64,000 nt of DNA, taken from assembly GCA_963761335.1 (NCBI GenBank), contig CAVXGR010000018.1, positions 1,123,522 to 1,187,521 on the forward strand. Reading direction: 5' to 3'. Origin of the DNA: an uncultured delta proteobacterium. Lineage in GTDB: Bacteria; Desulfobacterota; Binatia; HRBIN30; BPIQ01. A program made the position numbers and the translations under genes. This document shows positions 9,994-19,174 of the stretch, in pieces. Below the pieces are notes generated by a model. That model worked only from the letters and a program-made list of their open reading frames with translations. It had not been told where the DNA came from and did not search any database. How positions within the stretch are numbered: the first letter of the stretch is position 1; each line of letters begins with the position of its first letter.

Positions 9994-11106
9994 GTGAATC
10001 GGTCATCGACAAACCTGGCGCGGCGTCCCCCGGGGCGGCGCGATGTGTGGCGTCTTGCGTGCCTCGCTCTTCTCCTGGCGCTCGGCGGTTGCGCCGCCAG
10101 CGCCAAGGTCCCGGAGGTCTTCTGGCCGGATCCTCCGGATCCGCCGCGGATCAAGTACCTGGGCAGCGTGCAGTCGCGGAGCGACGTCGGCGGCCACTCG
10201 TGGCGCGAGGTGCTGGTCGGCGCCGACAAGGCGAGGGCGCTCTATCAGCCGATGGGGATCGCGCTGTCTGCGGACAAACAGCGGCTCTACGTCGCCGATC
10301 GCGCCTGGAACCTGGTGTTCGTCTTCGATCTGAACGGCGGCGGCGTGCGCACCATCGGCGACCAGGAGCGATATCCCCTTACCTGGCCGGTGGGCGTGGC
10401 CCTGGACGCTCGGGAAAACGTCTACGTCACCGATACCGGCAGCCACTCGGTGCGCGTGTACGACAAGAGCGGTACCTTCCTGCGCGGCATCGGCAAGGAG
10501 GCGCTGGTGCGGCCGACCGGAATCGCCGTGGATACGGTACGCGGGCGTCTGTACGTGGTCGATACCGGCCGGAAGGACGGCGACGGGGCGCACCGGGTGA
10601 AGGTCTTCGATCTCGAGGGGCACCTGCAGCAGGAGATCGGGCACCGCGGTGATGGGGATGGGGAGTTCAACTTTCCCACGTTCGCGAGCCTGGACGCCGA
10701 AGGCCGGCTGTACGTCGTCGATTCGGTCAACAACCGCATCGAGGTGTTCGACTCCAGCGGAAAGTTTCTCTGGAAGTTCGGGCGCGGCGGCGACCAGATC
10801 GGTGATTTCGCGCGGCCCAAGGGCGTCGCCGTCGATACCTTCGGCAACATCTACGTGGTCGACTCGCGCTGGAGCAACGTGCAGGTGTTCAACCAGCGCG
10901 GTCAGCTGCTGATGATCTTTGCCGGCGTCGGCACGTATCCCGGCTTGCTGATCAATCCGACTGCGATCGCGATCGACGGCGACAACCGGATCTACGTCGC
11001 CGACACGCTGGGGAAGCGCGTCAGCATGTACCAGCTGGTGAACACCACGGCGGCGGACAGCACGGGATCGGGCGACGCAGCTGCGAATGCGGGCAGAGGG
11101 GGTTGA
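9994..11106 (+). CDS. NHL-repeat lipoprotein
   Basis: LGGC lipobox, WPxPPxxPRI motif and six NHL repeats. Start uncertain (GTG 9994 or 10045). Confidence 0.85.
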   Translation: MNRSSTNLARRPPGRRDVWRLACLALLLALGGCAASAKVPEVFWPDPPDPPRIKYLGSVQSRSDVGGHSWREVLVGADKARALYQPMGIALSADKQRLYVADRAWNLVFVFDLNGGGVRTIGDQERYPLTWPVGVALDARENVYVTDTGSHSVRVYDKSGTFLRGIGKEALVRPTGIAVDTVRGRLYVVDTGRKDGDGAHRVKVFDLEGHLQQEIGHRGDGDGEFNFPTFASLDAEGRLYVVDSVNNRIEVFDSSGKFLWKFGRGGDQIGDFARPKGVAVDTFGNIYVVDSRWSNVQVFNQRGQLLMIFAGVGTYPGLLINPTAIAIDGDNRIYVADTLGKRVSMYQLVNTTAADSTGSGDAAANAGRGG

Positions 11107-11210
11107 GTGTTTTGTCGGACGAGGCCGGAGAAGGGAGAGCGAGTGAGATGAAGTGGGGCATGAGCGCAAGCTCGAAACGTACGGGACATTTGCGGCGAGG
11201 AGGTCATGTC

Positions 11211-11861
11211 ATGAGGAGGCAGTTGGTTCTTGCGGCCGCTCTGGTTGTGGCGGTGGGAAGCAGTGCATTCGGGGCCTCGATGTCCGGGGGAATGCACGAT
11301 CTGAGCTCGACGTCGTCGGGACCGAACAAGTCCAATTCGCAGACACAGCTGTGCGCCTTCTGCCACGTCCCTCACAACAGCCTGCCGGCGGTGTCGCGCC
11401 CTCTGTGGAGCCACACCATGACGGCACAGAACCTGACCTGGGCACCGGCGACCACGGTGCGCGGCACGACCCTGCCGACGTCGATCACCGGTACGGCGCT
11501 GGCGGGCTCGCGCGCCTGCATGAGCTGTCACGACGGCACGGTGGCGCTCGGCGATCTGCTCAACGGCTCGGGCGGCACGGTCAGCGGTCCGAACGTGACT
11601 GCCGGCAAGCTGAGCGGCGGCCCCAACTTCCTCAATCCGGCGGCGATGGAGTCCAACCATCCCCTGGGGGTGACGCAGCCGGCGAACGTGGCCGGGTTCA
11701 CCGGGTTCAAGACGGTCCCGGCCAGCAGCGCCGTCAACTACGACGCCTCGGGCTACGTGCAGTGCGGCTCCTGCCACAATCCGCACGACGACACCAATGT
11801 GCCTTTCCTGAAGATCAACAACACGGGCAGTGCGATCTGCGTGACCTGCCACGACCTGTAG
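11211..11861 (+). CDS. Tetraheme cytochrome c, OmcE-like
   Basis: Signal peptide, then HDLS..CAFCHVPHN..PLW..CMSCHDG..NHP..CGSCHNPHD..PFL..CVTCH. This is the motif order I recall for Geobacter OmcE. Confidence 0.8.
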   Translation: MRRQLVLAAALVVAVGSSAFGASMSGGMHDLSSTSSGPNKSNSQTQLCAFCHVPHNSLPAVSRPLWSHTMTAQNLTWAPATTVRGTTLPTSITGTALAGSRACMSCHDGTVALGDLLNGSGGTVSGPNVTAGKLSGGPNFLNPAAMESNHPLGVTQPANVAGFTGFKTVPASSAVNYDASGYVQCGSCHNPHDDTNVPFLKINNTGSAICVTCHDL

Positions 11862-11870
11862 TCGAGTGGA

Positions 11871-11906
11871 GGTGGCGAGGAGGCCGAGTCGGGCCTCTTC
11901 GCCACC
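11871..11906 (+). terminator. Strong GC hairpin after the OmcE-like gene (terminator or mRNA-stabilising stem-loop)
   Basis: GGTGGCGAGGAGGCC-gagtcg-GGCCTCTTCGCCACC: 15 bp stem with one G:U pair and no U-tract. Confidence 0.55.
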
Positions 11907-11927
11907 GCGGAAATCCTGTGGGCTGAG

Positions 11928-12257
11928 GTGATGGAGCGTCGGGTACGGCTCGCGTCTGCGGTGTTCTTCGCCCTCCTGCTGGCGATCTCTTGTCTCCCTT
12001 CCCGGGGAGGCGAGCTGGGGGACGTGGTCTACTCGCGGGCGACCGGGACGCAGGAGTTTCCGCCGGCGTACTTTCCGCATTGGGTTCACCGCATCAAATA
12101 CAAGTGCTACGCCTGCCACGACGGCCTATTTCCGATGCGCCACACGGCCAATCCGACGATGGATTCCATGTCGAAGGGGGAGTCGTGCGGCGTCTGTCAC
12201 AACGGCAAGCTCGCCTTCGGCGTGGATATGTGCCAGCGCTGCCATGTCCGGCAGTGA
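11928..12257 (+). CDS. Small c7-type triheme cytochrome (lipoprotein-like)
   Basis: FPHWVH..CYACH..CGVCH..CQRCH. Confidence 0.88.
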   Translation: MMERRVRLASAVFFALLLAISCLPSRGGELGDVVYSRATGTQEFPPAYFPHWVHRIKYKCYACHDGLFPMRHTANPTMDSMSKGESCGVCHNGKLAFGVDMCQRCHVRQ

Positions 12258-13489
12258 GCTCCGGGGGGCGCCGGGCCGGCGTGCTGTGGGCGCTGCTGGT
12301 CGCCACCAGCTTGGCGGGCTGTAGCCCCGAGAGCCGCCAGCGGACACTCGTCTTCCTCTTTGAAGACGTGCCCTCGCCGGACGCCGCGCCCGGCACCACG
12401 CCGCTGGTGCGGCGGCCGCGACGTCCGCCGCCGCCCACCGCCGCGCCGACGCCGACGCCGGCGTTCCTGCAGACGGAGGCGGAGAGATCCGCGGCGCTGC
12501 GGACCTGGGATGACGTCGCGAGGCGCCTGCCGAAAGATCCGCTGGGAAATCCCGATTGGTCGCGGGCCCTGGAGCAGGGCATCATCGCGCCGCGGCCTGG
12601 CATCGAGCCGCGGGCAGAGGAGCAAGCGGTACTGGCCCTCGACGTCGAGATCTCCCGGCCCGGGGACTCGGCGCTGGCCGTCGTCTTCTCGCACCGGAAG
12701 CACGGCGAATGGCTCTCCTGCGACAACTGTCACACCGCTCTGTTCGCGATGAAGTCCGGGGAGACGTCGATGGCCGCCGGCGAGGCTCACGGAGAGCGGC
12801 GCTGCGGCGCCTGTCACGGGAAGGTGGCCTTCGACGTGGTCAGTGGTTGCCCCCTGTGTCACCTGCGCACCTTTCCCAAGGACGCGCAGGGGCAGGTCGA
12901 TTGGAACCGCGCCCTTGCGGAGTCGCGCATCGTGCCGGGCAGCGGCCCGAGAAGCGCGGTCGCGCCGGTGCCCATCCTGGATCTCGACGTCGCCCTCGAG
13001 GCCGCGCAGCCGACGTTCAGCTCGGTGTTCTCACACCGGGCGCACACGCAATGGCTCAGCTGTGGCAGCTGCCACCCGCGACCGTTTCCCCAGGAGGCCG
13101 GGGGACTGAACGGGGCAGACCTGCATTCTCGAGAGTACTGCGGCGCCTGTCACGGGTCGGTCGCCTTCGGGCTCACCGGTGCCTGCGAGCGCTGCCATCC
13201 GGCCTTTCGCAAGGAAAAGCATCACAATGCGTCCCTGGATCTCGACGTCGAGATCACCCCGAAGGCCTCGCCATCGACGACGAGGACGGTCTTCTCGCAC
13301 AAGATCCACACACCCTGGGTAGAGTGCTCCGTCTGCCACTCCGACGTGTACGCGCCGACGGCGCCGGCGGAGCGCCCGGCGATGGCCGACCTCTATACGG
13401 GCAAGTACTGCGCCAGCTGTCACGGAAAGATCGCCTCTGAGCTCACCGCGCGTTGCCAGCCGTGCCATGTCGCCGGGGACGCCAGGTGA
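12254..13489 (+). CDS. Nonaheme lipoprotein cytochrome (three c7-type domains)
   Basis: GTG start overlaps the upstream stop; LAGC lipobox; 9 CxxCH in three FSHxxH units. Confidence 0.88.
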   Translation: MSSGGRRAGVLWALLVATSLAGCSPESRQRTLVFLFEDVPSPDAAPGTTPLVRRPRRPPPPTAAPTPTPAFLQTEAERSAALRTWDDVARRLPKDPLGNPDWSRALEQGIIAPRPGIEPRAEEQAVLALDVEISRPGDSALAVVFSHRKHGEWLSCDNCHTALFAMKSGETSMAAGEAHGERRCGACHGKVAFDVVSGCPLCHLRTFPKDAQGQVDWNRALAESRIVPGSGPRSAVAPVPILDLDVALEAAQPTFSSVFSHRAHTQWLSCGSCHPRPFPQEAGGLNGADLHSREYCGACHGSVAFGLTGACERCHPAFRKEKHHNASLDLDVEITPKASPSTTRTVFSHKIHTPWVECSVCHSDVYAPTAPAERPAMADLYTGKYCASCHGKIASELTARCQPCHVAGDAR

Positions 13490-15513
13490 AGCGATGGCGC
13501 GCCAGCGCGGCGGGCACGAGAGCAATCGCGCTCGGCTTTGCCGGGGCGGCCCTGGTTCTCTGTATGGCAACTCGGACCCATGCTCAGGCGCGCTGGGGGC
13601 TCGGGCGGTGGCAAGGCGACGGCATCTTCTTTCTCGACTGGGAGAAGCAGGACGACAAGCGCTCGCAGAGCAAGTACGAGACGATTCTGTTTCAGGAGCG
13701 GCTGCGCCTCCGCAACCTCGGCGCTTTCCTCGTCGATCCGCGCTTCTTCAGATTCAACCTGGGCGGGTCCTTCGGGCTGTCGCAGGAGGAGGGCATCGCC
13801 GCCAGCGACAACCCACTGCGCGTCGGCAACGGCACTCTCTACGATTACGCGTTCGACGGCGTGTTTCTCGGCGACCGGCCGTATCCGGTCACGGTCTTCG
13901 CCAACCGCAGCGAGAGCATCCTGACGCAGGGCTTCGGCGGCCGCGCCGACGTGCGCTTCGAGAGCCGTGGGGGAACCTTCGAGCTGCGCGAGGGCAGCTT
14001 TCTCGAGCGCCGCGGCATTCGCCACTTCACCTCCGTTCTCGACGTTCGCCAGGAGCTGCTCAACGAGGACTCCTCGGTGTTCGGCAGCCCCTTCCTCCGC
14101 GACGAGACCCGCAACGTCGTCCGCTACGGCGCCCACAAAGGCGGTGAGAGCTCCGACATGGACCTGCGCTACGAGCTCGACGACGTCAGCGATCCGATCA
14201 ACCTCGCCGACAACTTTCAGAGCCATACGGTGCGTGCCGTACACAGCCTCGACTTCGGCGCGCGGCTCAATCGGCGCCTGGACTCGGTTCTCTATTACTT
14301 CACCCGTTCCGGTGTCGGCCCGAGCAGCTATCTTTCCTTCGACGAAGGCCTGCGCATCGACCACAGTGCCAATCTGGCCAGCAATCTCCGCTACGACTTC
14401 TCGCGGAGCGACTCCAGCGTCGGCGTGACCACGACCAACTCCGGAAGCGCGAGTGTGCGCCATCAGCTGTACGGTCACCTGACGACCACCATCGATGGCA
14501 GAGGCCTGCGCCAGGACTTTCCCAACGGCGCCAAGACGATCTACGGCGGCCAGGCCGGTGCCGCCTATCGCCGCTCCCTGCCGGGACAGGGCGAGCTCTC
14601 CGCGCAGACGTACGTCGGTTACCAGGTGGACGACAACGCCTTCACCTCCTCCCGGGTCGACGTCGTGGACGAGCCGCACGCGGCGCCGCCGTTGCTCGGC
14701 GCGGGCGCCGGATTCACGCTCGCCAACCCTTTCGTCATGAGCGACACCGTCGTGGTGGTCGACGTCCGCGGAGGGGCGCGGTTGCCGACGGTGCTCAACC
14801 TCGATTACATCCTCACGCAGGAGGGCAGTCTGACGAGAGTCGTTCCCCTCGCCGGCAGCCCGGTGATTCGCCCGGACGACCCCCTCGAGGTGAGCTACGC
14901 GTACTCGGTCGACCCCGGCCTCGAGTACTCGACCGCGACGCTGAGCGCCAGAACCGGGATCGACTATCGCTGGTTCGGACTCAGCTACCAGCACGTGCTC
15001 AGTGACCAGACGCGCCTGTCCGGTGCAGCCACGCCGCAGTTCCTCATCGATCAGAACGTGGACGATTTCTCCCTCGAGCTGCGCCATCAGTGGAACGCGG
15101 TGCGGGGGCAGTCGACCGTGGCCTACGAGATCTTCAACTCGACGATCGTCGACTCGCGCTCCTGGCGCTTCAGCCAGCTGCTCTCCTACCAGCCGCGATT
15201 CGACCTCAACGCGCAGCTCAGCGGCGATCAGGACCTGATCGACTATCCGAATGAGAACCGGCGCTCGGAGTCGTACCTGGTGCGCGCCACCGTCGACTGG
15301 CTCACGCCGATAGGGCCGAGCTTGGCGCCCTTCGCCGGCTATCGCTCTTATCGGGACACCGGCACGCAGCGCGACGAGATCCTCGACTTCGGCGTGCGCC
15401 TGCGCTGGACCTTCCGCAACCTGGAAATCTCCCAGAGCTTCTCCTGGGCGGACTATCGGAGACGGCTGAATGACGTTCGCGCTCAGCTGCAGATCACGCG
15501 GCGCTTCTTCTGA
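13486..15513 (+). CDS. Outer-membrane beta-barrel (putative porin of a porin-cytochrome conduit)
   Basis: Signal peptide, alternating amphipathic strands, C-terminal QLQITRRFF beta-signal; translationally coupled to the cytochrome gene upstream. Confidence 0.75.
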   Translation: MKRWRASAAGTRAIALGFAGAALVLCMATRTHAQARWGLGRWQGDGIFFLDWEKQDDKRSQSKYETILFQERLRLRNLGAFLVDPRFFRFNLGGSFGLSQEEGIAASDNPLRVGNGTLYDYAFDGVFLGDRPYPVTVFANRSESILTQGFGGRADVRFESRGGTFELREGSFLERRGIRHFTSVLDVRQELLNEDSSVFGSPFLRDETRNVVRYGAHKGGESSDMDLRYELDDVSDPINLADNFQSHTVRAVHSLDFGARLNRRLDSVLYYFTRSGVGPSSYLSFDEGLRIDHSANLASNLRYDFSRSDSSVGVTTTNSGSASVRHQLYGHLTTTIDGRGLRQDFPNGAKTIYGGQAGAAYRRSLPGQGELSAQTYVGYQVDDNAFTSSRVDVVDEPHAAPPLLGAGAGFTLANPFVMSDTVVVVDVRGGARLPTVLNLDYILTQEGSLTRVVPLAGSPVIRPDDPLEVSYAYSVDPGLEYSTATLSARTGIDYRWFGLSYQHVLSDQTRLSGAATPQFLIDQNVDDFSLELRHQWNAVRGQSTVAYEIFNSTIVDSRSWRFSQLLSYQPRFDLNAQLSGDQDLIDYPNENRRSESYLVRATVDWLTPIGPSLAPFAGYRSYRDTGTQRDEILDFGVRLRWTFRNLEISQSFSWADYRRRLNDVRAQLQITRRFF

Positions 15514-16570
15514 CCGGCGCGCGGCCCCCGCACTCCGGCGGCGTGCAACGCAGTGGGGGAGGCACGTTCTCCTCCCCCTGCTCTGCGTGCTGGTCACCGG
15601 ATGCGGCTGGGCGCGAGGCGATGCGCGGCAATCGCAGTCGATCCCGCCGATGGTGTGGCCCGCGGCGCCCAGCGAGCCGCGCATCGAGCTGCTCTCGCTC
15701 TTCGCGCGCGGCGCGGATCTCGGCATCGAGCCCTCCATCTGGGCGCGTCTCGCGAGCCTGGTCACCGGAGGAGGCGAGCCGCGCCTGGTGCGTCCCACCG
15801 GCGTGGCGGCATCGGGCGCACGCGTCGCGGTCGCCGATCCCGGCGCCGGGGTGGTGCAGGTCTATGATCTGGCGGAGCGGCGTGCCCTTGCCCTCGGCCG
15901 CTGCGGTGATGCCGCGCTCGTCGAGCCGGTGTCCGTCGCCTTCCTCGCCGGCCACATCTATGTCTCCGACGCCGCAGCGTCGCGCATCGACGCATTCGAC
16001 GGGGACGGTGCCTGCACGGGTGGCTGGCGATTGGCGCCGGGCTCGCGTCCGGCGGGGCTGGCCGCAGACGAGCAACGGGGGCGTCTGTACGTGGCCGATG
16101 CCGGCGCGCACCAGGTGCTCGCCTTCGATCCCCAAGGGACGGAGATCCTTCGCTTCGGGAGGCGCGGTGCCGGGGCGGGCGAGTTCAACTACCCGACGTG
16201 GATTGCCGTCGACGGTGCCGGCCACCTCTACGTCACCGATGCCCTGAACTTTCGCGTGCAGTCATTCGACGAGAGCGGCAAGGCGCTCGGCCGCTTCGGC
16301 GGGCAGGGAGACGGCTCCGGCGATCTGGCGCGCCCGAAGGGAATCGCCGTCGACGGCGGCGGCCACATCTTCCTGGTCGACGCGCTCTTCGACGCCGTGC
16401 AGATGTTCGATGGCGAGGGCCGCTATCTGATGGTGTTCGGCGAGCGCGGCCGCGGGGCCGGACACTTCTGGCTGCCGTCCGGCGTGGCGGTGGCCGGAGA
16501 CCGCATCTACGTGGCCGACTCGTACAATCAGAGGGTGCAGGTGTTTCGCTTTCTCGGGGGAGCCTCGTGA
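15470..16570 (+). CDS. NHL-repeat lipoprotein
   Basis: VTGC lipobox, WPAAPSEPRI motif and NHL repeats. Start uncertain. Confidence 0.82.
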   Translation: MTFALSCRSRGASSDRRAAPALRRRATQWGRHVLLPLLCVLVTGCGWARGDARQSQSIPPMVWPAAPSEPRIELLSLFARGADLGIEPSIWARLASLVTGGGEPRLVRPTGVAASGARVAVADPGAGVVQVYDLAERRALALGRCGDAALVEPVSVAFLAGHIYVSDAAASRIDAFDGDGACTGGWRLAPGSRPAGLAADEQRGRLYVADAGAHQVLAFDPQGTEILRFGRRGAGAGEFNYPTWIAVDGAGHLYVTDALNFRVQSFDESGKALGRFGGQGDGSGDLARPKGIAVDGGGHIFLVDALFDAVQMFDGEGRYLMVFGERGRGAGHFWLPSGVAVAGDRIYVADSYNQRVQVFRFLGGAS

Positions 16571-18303
16571 GGCGTTCCGCTCTCTCGGCTTTGCCGATGG
16601 CGGTCTCGATTCTCGCCGCTACCGCGGTCGCCTCGGCGGGACTGCGCGAGACCGTGCACAACCTCAGCCCCGGAGGCGTCGGCCGGCAGCAACGGAGTCT
16701 GCAGGGGGGCGGCGGCGGCGGCGCGGCGATGGCCGACGGCGATCTCTGCGTCTTCTGCCATACGCCACACAGCGCCGAGGGGCGCCGCGGCTTGTGGAAC
16801 CGCGCCGTCCAGCCTCTGCGCTACAAGCTCTACGAGAGCAGCACCGCGGAAGCGGAGATGCAGCAACCGACCGGGAGCTCGCGGCTGTGTCTCTCCTGCC
16901 ACGACGGAATGATCGCGGTTGGAGCGCTCAAGCATCACGGCGATCCGACGCTCGGCAAGCTGAGCGGCGCCGCCGACCTCGGTACCGACCTCTCGGACGA
17001 CCACCCGATCTCGTTCGTCTACGACCAGGCCCTGGTGACGCGAAGGCGGGACCTGGCGAATCCGCGCGCCCTGACCGGCAGCGTCAAGCTCGACGAGTCC
17101 GGTCAGATGCAGTGCACCTCCTGCCACGATGCGCATCTCGATCGCTACCCCAAGTTCCTGGTGATGGATCCATCCTACTCGGCCTTGTGCGTCACCTGTC
17201 ACCGGCTGCCCCACTGGCAGGAGTCGGGGCATGCGACCTCGGCGGCATCGGCGCCGGCAAGCGCCGTCCCCGGGCTCGGCTACGCGACCGTGGGCCAGAA
17301 CGGCTGCTCGAGCTGCCATCAGTCGCACGGGGCAAAGCACCCGCAGCGCCTGCTGGCGGCGGCGACCGAAGAGGGGGTGTGTCTGGACTGTCACGATGGC
17401 AGCGTGGCCGCCACCGACGTGCGGCGGGAGTCAATGAAGTACAGTGCCCATCGGGTTGACCGCTACGCCGGCGTCCATGATCCCACCGAGAATCCCAACA
17501 CCATGGCGGAGCACGTGGAGTGCGTCGACTGCCACGACGCGCATCAGGCATCGGCGGAGTCGGCGCCGGGCCAGCTTGCCGGGCCGCTCCGGGGCGTGTC
17601 GGGTGTCAGCATCGGCGGCAGCTTCTTGCGCGAGGCCAGCTTCGAGTACGAGGTCTGCCTGAAGTGTCACGGCATCAGCGAGGCGCGCGACCCGCTCGTC
17701 TTTCGCGCCGATCAGGTGACCAATGCGCGGCTGGAGCTCGATCCGCAGAACGCCTCTTTTCACCCGCTCGCCGACCTCGGCAGGAATCCCGGCATCGTCG
17801 GTTTGATTCCGCCACTGACGGCCGCCAGCCGCCTTTCGTGTACCAGCTGTCACGACGACGATACCTCGCGGCGGAGCGGCAGCACCGCTCCCCGGGGGCC
17901 GCACGGCTCGAGCTATCGGCCGATCCTCGCTGCCGAGTACCGCACCGAGGCGACCGCGGCGCCGGAGTCCTACCAGCGCTATGCGCTCTGCTACGGCTGC
18001 CATGACCGCAACACGCTGCTGAACCGACCCGGCGGCTTCCCGCACCGGCTGCACGTGAGCGACGCCGGCGCCAGCTGCGCCGTCTGCCACGACGCCCACG
18101 GCTCGCGGCGCAACGCCCACCTGATCAACTTCATGAGCCGCGATCTCACCGGCGAGGTGGCGGTCACGCCGTCGAGCTCGGGACGGCTGGAGTACGTCTC
18201 TCTGGGAGCCGACGCCGGTCGCTGCTTTCTCACTTGCCACGGCAGCGATCACGAGGGCACGGAGTACTCGGTGGCGACGGTAGCCACTGCGGGGCGCCGC
18301 TGA
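16567..18303 (+). CDS. Multiheme cytochrome c (11 CxxCH + 1 CxxxCH) with an OmcE-like N-terminal tetraheme module
   Basis: Signal peptide; HNLS..CVFCHTPH..CLSCHDG..LSDDHP..CTSCH..CVTCH followed by further heme motifs. Confidence 0.9.
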   Translation: MRRSALSALPMAVSILAATAVASAGLRETVHNLSPGGVGRQQRSLQGGGGGGAAMADGDLCVFCHTPHSAEGRRGLWNRAVQPLRYKLYESSTAEAEMQQPTGSSRLCLSCHDGMIAVGALKHHGDPTLGKLSGAADLGTDLSDDHPISFVYDQALVTRRRDLANPRALTGSVKLDESGQMQCTSCHDAHLDRYPKFLVMDPSYSALCVTCHRLPHWQESGHATSAASAPASAVPGLGYATVGQNGCSSCHQSHGAKHPQRLLAAATEEGVCLDCHDGSVAATDVRRESMKYSAHRVDRYAGVHDPTENPNTMAEHVECVDCHDAHQASAESAPGQLAGPLRGVSGVSIGGSFLREASFEYEVCLKCHGISEARDPLVFRADQVTNARLELDPQNASFHPLADLGRNPGIVGLIPPLTAASRLSCTSCHDDDTSRRSGSTAPRGPHGSSYRPILAAEYRTEATAAPESYQRYALCYGCHDRNTLLNRPGGFPHRLHVSDAGASCAVCHDAHGSRRNAHLINFMSRDLTGEVAVTPSSSGRLEYVSLGADAGRCFLTCHGSDHEGTEYSVATVATAGRR

Positions 18304-18316
18304 TACGATCGCGGCG

Positions 18317-19123
18317 ATGTCGACGACAAACGGCGCGGGCTTCAGCGCCATGATGCATCTCGAGCCGCACGGTCCGGATACCTTCGTGGCCAGCGGACCG
18401 CGCTACCCGTGGGGCGGGCTGTACGGCGGGCAGATCATTGCGCAGGCGCTGCGCGCCGCGACGCTCACCGTCGACCCGGCGTACCAGCTGCATTCGCTGC
18501 ACGCGTACTTCATCCGTCTCGGCGACGCCGCCGAGCCCATCCGCCTCGAGGTGGACCGCATCCGCAACGGCCGCAGCTTCGTCACCCGGCGGGTAGTCGC
18601 CCGCCAGTCCGGTGGGGCCATCCTCAACATGTCCTCCTCCTTCCAGATGCCGGAGGGCGGTCCCATGGTGCAGACGGAGGAGATGCCCCGCGTCGCCTCG
18701 CCCGACGAGCTGCGCAACGACAGCTGGAGCCCGCTCATCGAACGGCGCTCTCTCGGCCAGGAGATCATGCCCGGGCGCGTCGGCGCCTGGATGCGGCTGA
18801 CCGAGCAGATCGGCGATGATCCCGTGTTGAACGCCTGTGCGCTCGCCTATCTCTCCGACGATCTGCCGACCGACGCGGTGGTGGCGCGGCACCCCGATCG
18901 CGCCCCGCGCGATTCGGGAGAGCGGCGCTTCTGGAACGCCAGCCTCGATCACGCCATCTGGTTCTATCACCCGACGCGCGCCAACCAGTGGCAGCTGCAC
19001 GACTTCACCTGCCGCGGCCTGGTCGGCACCCGCGGCTTGTCGATCGGATCGATCTTCGACGGCAGCGGCCGGCATCTGGCGACCGTGTCGCAGGAGGTCC
19101 TGATCCGCCCCGTCCGCGGCTGA
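18317..19123 (+). CDS. Acyl-CoA thioesterase II (TesB-like)
   Basis: YGGQIIAQAL, HSLHAYF, RNGRSF and ASLDHAIWF motifs. Confidence 0.9.
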   Translation: MSTTNGAGFSAMMHLEPHGPDTFVASGPRYPWGGLYGGQIIAQALRAATLTVDPAYQLHSLHAYFIRLGDAAEPIRLEVDRIRNGRSFVTRRVVARQSGGAILNMSSSFQMPEGGPMVQTEEMPRVASPDELRNDSWSPLIERRSLGQEIMPGRVGAWMRLTEQIGDDPVLNACALAYLSDDLPTDAVVARHPDRAPRDSGERRFWNASLDHAIWFYHPTRANQWQLHDFTCRGLVGTRGLSIGSIFDGSGRHLATVSQEVLIRPVRG

Positions 19124-19124
19124 G

Positions 19125-19174
19125 GTAGAAGCGCCGTCCCGGCGCTTTCCGAAGCGGCGAGACGCCGCTTCTAC
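19125..19174. repeat. GTAG-ended REP-like palindrome, copy 1
   Basis: GTAGAAGCG...CGCTTCTAC, 50 bp; near-identical copy at 21483-21532. Confidence 0.75.
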
